Counted from the stretch's first letter, positions 10,216 through 20,170 are shown. The stretch is DNA of 64,000 nt from an uncultured Alteromonas sp. (GCF_913058315.1 NZ_CAJXQY010000003.1:2339-66338); one strand, 5' to 3'. Notes: a model not told the origin generated them from the letters alone. Translations and numbers: made by a program.

Positions 10216-10938
10216 TTAAGGGACTATCTTGTGGGCGGCCAGCTGCTCGTAAAAAGGCAGGGCCTGATTGAGCACACCGAGGAGCGCATCGGGCAGCTCT
10301 GGCACTGGGGGCTCAGCCGGGGCGAAGCCGGTACTTTTCCAAACTTCCGGATACCAGTGCTCTGCCCAGGCGCCGTCGTTGGGATGGCCGCCTTCAGACC
10401 AACTCAGCATGGCAGGGTCCCAGGGGATACCAATAGCGTTGCAGAGCTTTTCCAGCATGGCCGGTGGATTCTGACGAATATCAGAAGAGTCGACGACGAT
10501 GGGATGTTGTCCTGACTCGTTAACGATCCGGTCAAACAACTGACACTGGGCACGAATGCCAATATCTTCCAGGCAGGGTTCACCATTTTTTTTATGGTAG
10601 CTGGCAATCACCCGTGCCGGGTGACGGATCAAAAACACATTACATACGTCTCCAAGCCAGTCCAGGGGAAAACCCTCGAGCATGTGATGAGGCATGTGTT
10701 TTTGATAAAAAACCGGTTTATTCTGTGGTGTAGGGCCAATACAGCGTTTGGCTACCGCCACCGGATCGGTCTCTTCGCGGGCAAATATTTCATCCTGCAT
10801 TGGGTGCACACGGTCGCTGTGCTTTAAAAACGGCGCATAAAATGGCTCGTCCCATACCGTACAATCGGCGCGAGCGCCAAATGCATACATCATGGCGGTA
10901 GAGAGATTGCGCGGGCCTGACCACATGGCTATTCGCAT
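10216..10938 (-). CDS. Sulfotransferase-like P-loop protein (family often paired or fused with class IV aminotransferase-like proteins)
   Basis: 5'-PSB-like loop WSGPRNLST and 3'-PB-like FLIRHPARVIASY; start MRIAM at 10938 with an AAGGAAG RBS. Confidence 0.78.
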   Translation of the reverse strand: MRIAMWSGPRNLSTAMMYAFGARADCTVWDEPFYAPFLKHSDRVHPMQDEIFAREETDPVAVAKRCIGPTPQNKPVFYQKHMPHHMLEGFPLDWLGDVCNVFLIRHPARVIASYHKKNGEPCLEDIGIRAQCQLFDRIVNESGQHPIVVDSSDIRQNPPAMLEKLCNAIGIPWDPAMLSWSEGGHPNDGAWAEHWYPEVWKSTGFAPAEPPVPELPDALLGVLNQALPFYEQLAAHKIVP

Positions 10939-11241
10939 GGGTGACTTCCTTATTATCGTGTTACCTGACACTGAGTAAGCTGACCGGTAGTGAATGCTCA
11001 TTAATGGCAAGCATAATCGGCCTGGTGGTGTTATTTCAAGTCTATTGTTAATATTTTATACTATATAATATTTTGTTTTGCGAGTAGGAAAATGCTAGGG
11101 TAACGCCGTGATTTATTTACTTTTAATAATTAGTGTTGGCGCGGATATTTTTAAACACCTGGACTCTAGGTTAAAACACACGGGCTGAAGTATACTTTTA
11201 TAGTGACCTATAAAAGCCAGTAACAACGTAATGAGGAAGCC

Positions 11242-12159
11242 ATGCAGGAACATAAAGCGGGCGGCGCACATGCGTCCATCGATGACGAACGTAATCAGGA
11301 TATTTTAATTTATATTAATGGCGATCTGGTGCCCCGGGCAGAAGCGAAGGTGTCTGTTTATGACAGCGGTTTTATGCTCGGTGACGGCGTGTGGGAAGGC
11401 TTGCGGTTGCATAAAGGCCGATTTTCTTTTATCGACGACCATCTCGACCGGTTATTTGCCGGCGCGAAAGCACTGGACATGGATATCGGTAAAACCCGTG
11501 ATGAGTTAAAAGCCGCTTTACAGGAAACAGTCGATGCGAATGGCATGACCGATGGAGTGCATGCCAGACTGATGGTAACCAGAGGCCCGAAGAAAACCCC
11601 TTATCAGGATCCCAGACTGAGTCTGTGGGGCCCGACTATTGTGATCATTGCTGAATATAAGTCCCAGGATTTGGTGCCGGTAGAACGCGGAATTAATCTG
11701 TTTACCGTGCATGTGCGACGTGGCCATCCTGATGTTCAGGATCCGCGCTTGAATTCTCACAGCAAAATTAACTGCATCACGGCGATGATTCAGTCTTATA
11801 AGGCCGGGGCCGATGAGGCACTGATGCTAGATCCCCATGGTTTTGTCAGCACCTGTAACTCAACCAACTTCTTTATTGTGCGTAAGGGTGAGGTGTGGAC
11901 GTCTACCGGTGACTATGCCATGAAAGGCATTACACGCCAGAAAACCATTGATGTCTGTAAAGCCCATGGTATTGCGGTAATGGAAAAGAATTTTTCACTG
12001 GTGGATGTTTACAGTGCGGATGAGGCCTTTGTTACCGGTACCTTCGGTGCCCAAACGCCGGTCGTTGATGTCGACGGCAGATCCATCGGTGAAGGCAAAC
12101 CTGGTCCCATGGTGAAGAAAATTCGTGAGTTGTACCATGCCATGGCAGAAGCTCAGTAA
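11242..12159 (+). CDS. Fold-type IV PLP-enzyme-like protein (IlvE/DAAT/PabC superfamily) with a non-canonical active site
   Basis: SVYDSGFMLGDGVWEGLR, HLDRL, GITRQ and TGT motifs; the canonical Lys position is N171 and the canonical Glu position is T204 (see findings). Confidence 0.85.
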   Translation: MQEHKAGGAHASIDDERNQDILIYINGDLVPRAEAKVSVYDSGFMLGDGVWEGLRLHKGRFSFIDDHLDRLFAGAKALDMDIGKTRDELKAALQETVDANGMTDGVHARLMVTRGPKKTPYQDPRLSLWGPTIVIIAEYKSQDLVPVERGINLFTVHVRRGHPDVQDPRLNSHSKINCITAMIQSYKAGADEALMLDPHGFVSTCNSTNFFIVRKGEVWTSTGDYAMKGITRQKTIDVCKAHGIAVMEKNFSLVDVYSADEAFVTGTFGAQTPVVDVDGRSIGEGKPGPMVKKIRELYHAMAEAQ

Positions 12160-12172
12160 CACGGTTTTGCAC

Positions 12173-13090
12173 CTAATGCTGGGATAAACAGTTATCCCAG
12201 TAAGGCTTGTCACCGTAAAAATCGGCAGCGAAATTGATAAAGGCTCTGACCTTACTTGCCAATAGCTGCCGGTGGGCGTAAACCGCGTATAAATGCAGTG
12301 GCTCGGGCTCGTTATCCCGCATAATGAGCCGGAGCCGGCCTGCATTGACCTCATCGAAACAAATAAAGGTGGGTTGCAAAACAATCCCCTGGCCGAGCAC
12401 CGCTGACTGGCACAGGAACTCACCGTGATTACAACTGACGGTGCCAATAATGTGATGATGGCGCTGGTTCAGATACTGATGGGCAGCCGGGCTGTTGTCA
12501 TTATCCAGTAAGCTGTAGCGCAGATAGTTGTGATTGATTAAGTCTTCCATAGTGTGCGGTTCGCCGTATTTGCTAAGATAGTCTGGCGCTGCACACATAA
12601 CGAGATTGATGGCGGTCAGGCGCTTGGCTATCATCGACGAGCTTTTCAGATGGCCAATCCGTAATGCCACATCAAAGCCTTCCTCAACAATATCCACTTT
12701 ACGATCATTGAGATGTAAATCCACGTCAATGTCGGGGTAGAGCTGTTGGAATTCGTTAATGAGAGGTGCCAGATGACGGGTGGAAAATGCTACCGGTGCA
12801 CTGATCCGCAATAAGCCATGGGCTTTATGCTGCAAATCACCTAACTGATTTTCCATGGCATCAATTTCATCGAGAACCTGACTGGCGCGAGGCAGATACT
12901 GTTGCCCGGCCTCGGTCAAATGCACCTTGCGCGTTGTGCGGTTAAGCAGGCGCGTAGCCAGATGGGCCTCAAGCTGAGAGACATACTTACTAATTAACTG
13001 CGGGGATTTATCGAGCTTATCCGCCGCGGCACTAAATGAACCGCTTCGCGCAACAATCACAAATGCCCGCATTGCCTCTATTCTGTCCAT
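12173..13090 (-). CDS. LysR-family transcriptional regulator
   Basis: N-terminal HTH (GSFSAAADKL...LLNRTTRKVHLTEAG) and a CrgA-like substrate domain. Confidence 0.95.
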   Translation of the reverse strand: MDRIEAMRAFVIVARSGSFSAAADKLDKSPQLISKYVSQLEAHLATRLLNRTTRKVHLTEAGQQYLPRASQVLDEIDAMENQLGDLQHKAHGLLRISAPVAFSTRHLAPLINEFQQLYPDIDVDLHLNDRKVDIVEEGFDVALRIGHLKSSSMIAKRLTAINLVMCAAPDYLSKYGEPHTMEDLINHNYLRYSLLDNDNSPAAHQYLNQRHHHIIGTVSCNHGEFLCQSAVLGQGIVLQPTFICFDEVNAGRLRLIMRDNEPEPLHLYAVYAHRQLLASKVRAFINFAADFYGDKPYWDNCLSQH

Positions 13091-13101
13091 GCGAATTCCA
13101 T

Positions 13102-13120
13102 TATCAACAAAATGTTGATA
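13102..13120. promoter_or_regulatory. LysR-type recognition site
   Basis: TATCAACA-AAA-TGTTGATA perfect 8-3-8 dyad containing T-N11-A, just upstream of the LysR start in the divergent gap. Confidence 0.7.
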
Positions 13121-13237
13121 GTTACTCTATTTTAACCCTCTTAATAAATCAATATGTGGATAGTAAAGTATCACCATCGATTCGAAACAGCGCAGGGCTG
13201 TTTCTCTATTCACCCATTAAGACGAGAGAGATTTAGT

Positions 13238-13687
13238 ATGAAAGCATTAGTAGCAAAGTTAATCAGTTCAAATGCAGGTGTGGCCGCGCTGATATTAAGA
13301 GTGCCCATTGGTCTTACGCTGGCGGCGCATGGCGCACAAAAGTTATTTGCCTGGTTTGGCGGCTACGGCCTCGAAGGTACCGGCCAGTACATGGCTAGTA
13401 TAGGTCTTGAGCCGGGTTATCTGATGGCACTGCTGGCCGGGAGTGCGGAATTTTTTGGTGGACTGGCCCTGGTTCTCGGTTTATTGACCCGTCCGGCCGC
13501 CGCAGTGACTGCATTTACTATGCTGATTGCTATTTTCACTGCGCATATCCAAAACGGTTTGTTTCTGTCTAACGGCGGTTATGAGTATGCACTGGCACTT
13601 TTCGCGGTAACGGTCTCATTGGCCATCACTGGTGCCGGCCGGCTTGCATTAGACAACGTTATTGCCCGGTCTTTGGCCGCAGAATAA
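13238..13687 (+). CDS. DoxX family membrane protein (YqjF/CatD-like)
   Basis: AHGAQKLFAWFGGYGLEGTG, AEFFGG and NGGYEYAL; start at ATG 13238, not the ORF-track 13154. Confidence 0.9.
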   Translation: MKALVAKLISSNAGVAALILRVPIGLTLAAHGAQKLFAWFGGYGLEGTGQYMASIGLEPGYLMALLAGSAEFFGGLALVLGLLTRPAAAVTAFTMLIAIFTAHIQNGLFLSNGGYEYALALFAVTVSLAITGAGRLALDNVIARSLAAE

Positions 13688-13749
13688 CCCGTTAATCACC
13701 AATGGTGCCTGTCAGGTTGGTCCTGGCCGGCAGCCCGGGAGGAAACACA

Positions 13750-14694
13750 ATGTTAGTCAATGGAAAATGGGATGCCGACTGGCAGCCCGTGCAGAAAAAA
13801 GATAAAGAGGGTCGGTTTATTCGTCAGGTGTCGTCCTTTCGTCATTGGATCACGCCCGATGGTTCTGCCGGCCCCACCGGTGCTGCGGGCTTTAAAGCCG
13901 AAGCGGGCCGCTATCATTTATATGTGGCGTATATTTGTCCGTGGGCATCCCGGGCGCTTGCAGTACGCGCACTGAAAGGCTTAACTGATATTATTACGGT
14001 CAGTGTGGTTAACCCACGGTTAAGCGAGCAGGGCTGGCAGTTTGGTGGTTACCCTGGCAGCACTGCAGATGAATTGAATCAGGCCACATACCTGCACGAG
14101 CTCTATACGCAGGTGGATCCGGATTACACTGGCCGGGCAACAGTGCCGGTGTTGTGGGATAAAAAGCAGCAAACCATTGTGAACAATGAGTCGGCTGATA
14201 TTTTACGAATGTTGAATACGGCATTTTGTGAGTTGGTCAATACCGGCCCGGATCTTTATCCCTCAGCCCTGGCTGAGCAAATAGACGAGCTTAATGAAGC
14301 CATTTACAGCACCCTCAATAATGGTGTCTACCAGGCTGGTTTTGCCTCGAGTCAGACTGCCTATGATGAGGCTTACAGCCATGTTTTTACAACATTGGAT
14401 CGATTGGAAGCCAGACTGGCAGACGGTGGGCCTTATTTATTGGGAGATAATCTGACCGAAACCGACATTCGATTGTTTGTCACCCTGATCAGATTTGATG
14501 CAGCTTATTACGGATTATTTAAATGTAATCGTCAGTTAATTCGTGAGTTTACCCATCTTAATGCCTATATGCATCGGATATGGGCCCTTGACGGGATAGC
14601 TGAAACGGTCAACATTGACCATATTAAAGCGGGGTATTATTCCATTAAGTCGTTGAATCCGGGCGGCATCGTGCCCCGTGGACCACAATTTTAG
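13750..14694 (+). CDS. Glutathionyl-hydroquinone reductase (GST omega-like, YqjG family)
   Basis: RYHLYVAYICPWASR, TVPVLWDKK..IVNNESADI and NNGVYQAGFA; start MLVNG at 13750. Confidence 0.9.
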   Translation: MLVNGKWDADWQPVQKKDKEGRFIRQVSSFRHWITPDGSAGPTGAAGFKAEAGRYHLYVAYICPWASRALAVRALKGLTDIITVSVVNPRLSEQGWQFGGYPGSTADELNQATYLHELYTQVDPDYTGRATVPVLWDKKQQTIVNNESADILRMLNTAFCELVNTGPDLYPSALAEQIDELNEAIYSTLNNGVYQAGFASSQTAYDEAYSHVFTTLDRLEARLADGGPYLLGDNLTETDIRLFVTLIRFDAAYYGLFKCNRQLIREFTHLNAYMHRIWALDGIAETVNIDHIKAGYYSIKSLNPGGIVPRGPQF

Positions 14695-14702
14695 GAGGTT
14701 TT

Positions 14703-15515
14703 ATGCAAGCGTCACAACAAGCATTGTTTATCTCCCATGGCGGCGGGCCTATGCCGTTACTGGGAGACCCAGGTCACCGTGCTTTAACCGAGCACCTTGC
14801 GCAGCTGGCTGCCACCATTCGCCGGCCGAAAGCTATCTTGATCATCAGTGCACACTGGGAAGAGTCGGTCGCTACAGTAACCTCCAACCCAACCCCTGAG
14901 TTGATTTACGATTACTATGGCTTTCCAGCAGAAAGTTACGCAATTAAATACCCTTGTGCCGGGGAGCCTGAGCTCGCACGCCAGGTCACTCAGGCCATCC
15001 GGGCAAGTGGCATTGAGGTGGCTGAAGACGCGAAGCGTGGCCTCGACCACGGTGTATTTGTGCCGCTGAAGATTATGTATCCGGACGCCGATATTCCATG
15101 TGTACAGCTATCACTGGTTAATACGCTGGATGCCGCAGCGCATATACGCATCGGTCAGGCTCTGGCAGATTTAGATTATGATGACCTGCTTATCCTTGGC
15201 TCAGGGTTTTCTTTTCACAATATGCGATCATTCTTTGCCCCTGATACTGCGCAGAGTCAGGCTATGAACCAGGGCTTTGAAGACTGGTTGAAAAACGTAT
15301 TATCTAATCCGTCGATGACCGAAGCGGAGCGTCAGAAGCAACTCATCGGCTGGGAACAGGCGCCGGGAGCGCGTTATTGTCATCCCCGCGAAGAACATCT
15401 GGTGCCGCTTCATGTGTGTTACGGGGTAGCGGGCCGCGCTGCTGACGTAGCCGACTCGGTAGTCGTACTTAATAAACAGGCCGGGACGTTTGGCTGGTTT
15501 AGCCAAAACGCCTGA
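14703..15515 (+). CDS. DODA-type extradiol ring-cleavage dioxygenase (YgiD/LigB family)
   Basis: FISHGGGP, ISAHWE, RGLDHGVFVPL, GSGFSFHN and CHPREEHL motifs. Confidence 0.9.
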   Translation: MQASQQALFISHGGGPMPLLGDPGHRALTEHLAQLAATIRRPKAILIISAHWEESVATVTSNPTPELIYDYYGFPAESYAIKYPCAGEPELARQVTQAIRASGIEVAEDAKRGLDHGVFVPLKIMYPDADIPCVQLSLVNTLDAAAHIRIGQALADLDYDDLLILGSGFSFHNMRSFFAPDTAQSQAMNQGFEDWLKNVLSNPSMTEAERQKQLIGWEQAPGARYCHPREEHLVPLHVCYGVAGRAADVADSVVVLNKQAGTFGWFSQNA

Positions 15516-15525
15516 TAAACGGTTT

Positions 15526-15561
15526 AGCCGGGCGACTTCCTACTTCAATAGTTGCCCGGCT
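15526..15561. terminator. Hairpin between convergent genes, one arm inside the kinase CDS
   Basis: AGCCGGGCGAC-N14-GTTGCCCGGCT (11 bp, one G-U pair). Confidence 0.45.
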
Positions 15562-16550
15562 GATACCGTGTCAATGGCCTGTGCCGTCTGCAATTGCAAC
15601 GCGCGGTTAATTTTTAAATGGGCGGGACTCCAGCCCGCTAAAAAGCGGTGAAAGTCGGCGTTAGCCACACAATACAATTTTCGCCAGCTATCACAAATAG
15701 CCAGACATTCCTGGTGACTAACACGTTTGCCCAGTGCGCTGCTTAACTGCTCAAAATAAAAATCCAGACAGTCTTCGCTGCGCTCGAGCAGTGCTTGCTC
15801 TGACAGTGCGCTCCCCAAAAAGTACGCCACATCCTGGACACCAATACCACCACCGACATACTGAAAATCCACGGCGGCTACTTCCTGGCCATCGGCACTG
15901 AAACAGAAGTTAGCGACTTTGGCATCACCGTGAACCAGAGTGCGATAGGGACATTGCTGTAATGCCTGATCAAAAGCCGCCGCAAACTGTTTGAGGGGGC
16001 TTTGGGCCATTTTATTGAATTCGTCCGGGCGGGTTGCCAGATGCCAGTAACACCCCTGGTCCCACAAGCCTTGTGGCGGCTGATGAATATAGCAGGCATG
16101 AAATGCCGCCAGCCACGCCAACACGGGTTTACAACCTTCAGGGCTAAGTTGTTGATGTCGATAATCAAAACCGGCTTGATTCAGATCGCTCAGCACCAGC
16201 GCCAGCCGTTTAGTGACAGCACTGTCTTCGGCATCCGAGGCTATCAGTTGCGCCAGATTTCCGCAGTGAGTAAAGCGTGGGGCGTAATGGGTGTAGAAAG
16301 CCTGCTCTACAACATAGGAACGCCATTTGCGCTGCAAGCTGTGCTGACTGCTCCAGCCTCTTGGATGAGCGAAGTTTTCTGGTTGGCTGATGAGCTTTAT
16401 AATTACACGGGACTGCCTGGCCGGCGAGTAGCAACGTAGCAACTGACCAAAATCACTCCACAGCGACTGGACCTGCTCAAACTGGTCTGCATTCGGGTCC
16501 TGCAAAAGACCTTTGAGCCATAAAAGCGGTAGAGGCTTAGATGAATTCAT
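15540..16550 (-). CDS. APH/choline-kinase-like phosphotransferase (EcKinase/DUF1679-like)
   Basis: VQSLWS N-lobe motif, Brenner-type HGDAKVANF and VDFQYVG. Confidence 0.8.
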   Translation of the reverse strand: MNSSKPLPLLWLKGLLQDPNADQFEQVQSLWSDFGQLLRCYSPARQSRVIIKLISQPENFAHPRGWSSQHSLQRKWRSYVVEQAFYTHYAPRFTHCGNLAQLIASDAEDSAVTKRLALVLSDLNQAGFDYRHQQLSPEGCKPVLAWLAAFHACYIHQPPQGLWDQGCYWHLATRPDEFNKMAQSPLKQFAAAFDQALQQCPYRTLVHGDAKVANFCFSADGQEVAAVDFQYVGGGIGVQDVAYFLGSALSEQALLERSEDCLDFYFEQLSSALGKRVSHQECLAICDSWRKLYCVANADFHRFLAGWSPAHLKINRALQLQTAQAIDTVSAGQLLK

Positions 16551-16569
16551 ATTCTTACCGGGCTTCAAC

Positions 16570-16598
16570 AAAAAAGGCCAGCAATGCTGGCCCTTTTT
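16570..16598 (-). terminator. rne intrinsic terminator
   Basis: Minus strand GGCCAGCATTGCTGGCCTTTTTT, about 15 nt after the rne stop. Confidence 0.85.
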
Positions 16599-16612
16599 CC
16601 ATTTTTACACTG

Positions 16613-19600
16613 TTACAGACTGGCAGGACGCGTGGTCGGTGCCGAGGCTGTTGCTGTCGCATTTGCCATCGTTGCCAGACGGCCTGAAGCGGTCAGGGCG
16701 GGGCGCTGATCGTCGGCGCGGCTGATCACGGTGATTTCAACCGTTGACGCTGCCACTTTGGCTGGGCTGGTCATCGGGTGAGTCGCCGTAAATTTACCTA
16801 AACTGCTGGCCATTGCTACCTTAACCGGCGCCGCGGGGGCTGCCTTTTCTGCCGTTTGCGGGGCAGGTGCTTGTTCTGCCTCAGCAACAGGCTCTGGCGT
16901 GCTTTCCAGCGCTGCGGGTTTTTCCTCAACCTTAGGTTCAGGCGCTTGGTCTAGGGGCGCCGCAGTGGTTTCAGCGTTAACTGGCTGCTCTTGTGTGGCC
17001 GTTGATTCAACGGTTTGGGGAGCGGCTGGCTCTTCAGCTTGTGGCGCCACAGCTTCGGTCTGTGCGCTCGTTTCGGAACCCGCTTGCTTCGAGGTTTGTT
17101 CCTCGGTTGCCGGGCTTTGGGCTTCGGCGTCGAGGTTTATTTCTACCTGTTTTGGCTCATCAGTTTCTGCTGTCTGTGCCACTTCACTGCCAGAGGTCTC
17201 GCTATCTTCTACAGTGCTCGCATCCTTTGGCTCAGGCGCATCAAACTGAAGTTCATCCTGTTGCGCAGGCTGGGCCGGGGCGTCATCATCAGATTTTTCC
17301 TTCTTACGACGCTGACCAGCGGCGCGGGCATGACGAGGTGAACGTCGACTGCGGCTGCGCGATCCTTTTTCTGAACGGGCTTTGTCGTCCTCGTCCTGAG
17401 CATTATCGTCGTTGCTGTCCGCCGCATTGTCAGCCTTTTCATTAACGTCATCTGATGACGCCTCTGAACCTGATGCCGCCGGGGTAGCCTGATTTGGCTC
17501 TTCAACTACCTCAGGAGTCTGCTGTGACTGGCTGCCAGTTTCCTGAACCGCTACTGCAGTTGCCGGTTGTTCAGCGATTGGCTGTTCAGTTTCTGATGCC
17601 GCCTCGCTAGCTGTTTGATCGGCTTTATCCTTAACCGCCTGAGTACGTACAGGATGTTTGTCAGTGCCGCCTTCAGCACGTACGCTGCCTTTTAATTCGC
17701 GACGCTGACGACGCTCTTTAACCGGCTTTTTACGCACAGGCTTGTCGGTGTCATTGGCACCATCGTTCTGTTGCGCTTGTGGTTGCTGTTGTTTTTGCGG
17801 TTGCTGTTGTGTTTGCGGTTGCTCAGCAGCCTCGTCTTTAACCTTGTCGGATTTTTCCGTCTGGTTTCTGTTACGCGAGCGATTACGGCCACGGGTTTGC
17901 TTAGGCTTATCCTGGCTTTTGTTATCACTGCTATCAGATGACTTTTCGCTAGTTGGCGCTGTAGTTTTCTCGTCGCTATCGTTACGACGATTTTTGTTAT
18001 TACCCGAACGATTGTTTCGACGTCTGTCGTTATTACGGCGACGGTTGTTCTGGTTATTGTTGTTGCGTGGTTTTTCTTTTGGCTTCGGTTTTTCCTCAAC
18101 CTCTTCCTCGCTGGCAAATAAGCCGGATAACCATTTGCCGATTCCGGCTAATAAACCCGTTTGCTTTTCTACGGGCTTCTCTTCCGCTTTCGGTGGTACT
18201 ACCGGTGCCTGGCTAGGTGCTATCAGTCCTTGTAAGGCTGGTTCTTCACGCTTTGCCGGAGCCGTTACGCCGGGTGATGCTTCTTTGGTTTCTACCTCTG
18301 CCAGGCTGATATTGTAGCTGGCATCAGTCACCACATCGTCAGCACGGTGACGTAAAATCTGATAATGAGGTGTATCCAGATTTGGGTTCGGGATGATGAT
18401 CAAACTGACATCGTGACGCTTTTCAACATTCTGTACGGCTTTGCGCTTTTCATTCAGCAAATAGGTTGCTACAGGTACAGGCAACTGGGCTTCAATCTGA
18501 CCGGTATTATCCTTGATGCTTTCTTCTTCAAGAATACGCAGGATTGACAACGCCAGTGATTCGGTACCACGGATAGTGCCATGACCAGAACAGCGTGGGC
18601 AGACATTATGCGCAGACTCACCCAGTGACGGGCGCAGACGCTGACGGGACATCTCCAGCAAACCAAAGCGTGAAATGCGGCCTAGTTGCACTCTTGCACG
18701 GTCGGGACGCACAGCATCTTTCATGCGGTTTTCCACTTCGCGCTGGTGTTTTACCGGTGTCATATCGATAAAGTCGATAACCACCAGACCACCAAGGTCA
18801 CGCAAGCGTAACTGACGCGCAATCTCATCGGCTGCTTCAAGGTTAGTGTTTAGCGCCGTTTCCTCAATATCACCGCCTTTGGTTGCGCGGGCTGAGTTAA
18901 TGTCAATAGAGGTTAATGCTTCTGTGGGATCAATCACAATTGAACCACCGGAAGGCAGGCGTACTTCACGCTCAAAAGCCGACTCAATCTGACTTTCAAT
19001 CTGATAGTGACTGAACAGCGGCACGTCGCCTTTATAAAGCTTGACGCGGCTGGCGAAGTCCGGGCGAACCAGTTCAATGTGCTGCAATGCCTGTTCGTAA
19101 ACACGCTGTTTATCGATTAGGATTTCACCCACATCGCGACGTAAATAGTCGCGAATGGCGCGCACAATAACATTACTTTCCTGGTGAATCAGGAAGGGGG
19201 CTGAGCGTTCTTCTGCAACTTTTGAAACTGCTTCCCAGTGGGTTAACAGAACCCGTAAATCCCAGTCCAGTTCTTCATAGGATTTACCCACACCAGCGGT
19301 ACGAACAATCAGACCCATGCCATCAGGCAGGTCGAGTTTCGACAGTGCGGCTTTCAGATCAGTACGTTCGTCGCCTTCGATACGGCGGGAAATGCCTCCG
19401 GCACGAGGATTGTTTGGCATTAATACCAGGTAGCTGCCAGCCAGCGACAGGAAAGTGGTTAACGCTGCGCCTTTCTGGCCGCGTTCTTCCTTATCGATTT
19501 GAACGATAACTTCCTGGCCTTCTTTGATAACGTCCTTGATATTAGGACGACCTTCGAGCTTGTAATTTTTTGGAAAGTAGGTGCGGGCAATTTCTTTGAG

Positions 19601-19807
19601 AGGAAGGAAACCGTGGCGATCGGCGCCGTAGTCAACAAAGGCAGCTTCTAAACTGGGCTCTACGCGGGTAATTTTACCTTTGTAGATATTCGCTTTCTTT
19701 TGCTCGTGTCCGGGACTTTCTATATCTAAATCATACAAGCGTTGCCCGTCTACCAGGGCAACCCGCAACTCTTCTTGTTGAGTTGCATTGATTAGCATTC
19801 TTTTCAT
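16613..19807 (-). CDS. rne: Ribonuclease E
   Basis: [24 protein letters not shown] start, [18 protein letters not shown] catalytic region, Zn-link CPRC, disordered C-terminal scaffold. Confidence 0.98.
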   Translation of the reverse strand: MKRMLINATQQEELRVALVDGQRLYDLDIESPGHEQKKANIYKGKITRVEPSLEAAFVDYGADRHGFLPLKEIARTYFPKNYKLEGRPNIKDVIKEGQEVIVQIDKEERGQKGAALTTFLSLAGSYLVLMPNNPRAGGISRRIEGDERTDLKAALSKLDLPDGMGLIVRTAGVGKSYEELDWDLRVLLTHWEAVSKVAEERSAPFLIHQESNVIVRAIRDYLRRDVGEILIDKQRVYEQALQHIELVRPDFASRVKLYKGDVPLFSHYQIESQIESAFEREVRLPSGGSIVIDPTEALTSIDINSARATKGGDIEETALNTNLEAADEIARQLRLRDLGGLVVIDFIDMTPVKHQREVENRMKDAVRPDRARVQLGRISRFGLLEMSRQRLRPSLGESAHNVCPRCSGHGTIRGTESLALSILRILEEESIKDNTGQIEAQLPVPVATYLLNEKRKAVQNVEKRHDVSLIIIPNPNLDTPHYQILRHRADDVVTDASYNISLAEVETKEASPGVTAPAKREEPALQGLIAPSQAPVVPPKAEEKPVEKQTGLLAGIGKWLSGLFASEEEVEEKPKPKEKPRNNNNQNNRRRNNDRRRNNRSGNNKNRRNDSDEKTTAPTSEKSSDSSDNKSQDKPKQTRGRNRSRNRNQTEKSDKVKDEAAEQPQTQQQPQKQQQPQAQQNDGANDTDKPVRKKPVKERRQRRELKGSVRAEGGTDKHPVRTQAVKDKADQTASEAASETEQPIAEQPATAVAVQETGSQSQQTPEVVEEPNQATPAASGSEASSDDVNEKADNAADSNDDNAQDEDDKARSEKGSRSRSRRSPRHARAAGQRRKKEKSDDDAPAQPAQQDELQFDAPEPKDASTVEDSETSGSEVAQTAETDEPKQVEINLDAEAQSPATEEQTSKQAGSETSAQTEAVAPQAEEPAAPQTVESTATQEQPVNAETTAAPLDQAPEPKVEEKPAALESTPEPVAEAEQAPAPQTAEKAAPAAPVKVAMASSLGKFTATHPMTSPAKVAASTVEITVISRADDQRPALTASGRLATMANATATASAPTTRPASL

Positions 19808-20170
19808 TGTATCTAACTCTGTTATTGCTTACAGCCGTTCAGATACACAATTAAAGTGACTGTGCAAAACCTCACCGCGCAACCTCACGTTGGGCAGGGA
19901 TCCTGTTGTATTGTCGCATTACCCTTGATTTTATTCGCTTTTTACTACATCAAAAAAGCGTTTCTGTCTTTATTGGGTGTCGGGAACGACGGCCCTGTAC
20001 AAGTTTTATGTATCTGTTCACCAACCTGAACTTCGCGGGTCAGTGAACTATGTCAATTCAATTCTGTATAACTAAACGGCAAATTATTTTTGCCATTGTC
20101 GCAAGTTTTCAGCTACGTGATTGTTCATCAACGCACGTTGTATTACCTACTCAATTGATAAATCCGCAAT
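19808..20170 (-). promoter_or_regulatory. Long rne 5' leader, candidate autoregulatory element
   Basis: About 660-nt rne-rluC gap with no ORF. It contains CGTGAGGTTG, which resembles a conserved segment of the enterobacterial rne leader as I recall it. Boundaries are approximate. Confidence 0.45.

Noticed and set aside
16899-18317. Several long overlapping or antisense ORFs within the rne C-terminal region (e.g. 17742-18317 +, 191 aa)
   Set aside because: They are by-products of the low-complexity, stop-poor RNase E scaffold and have no RBS or family motifs.
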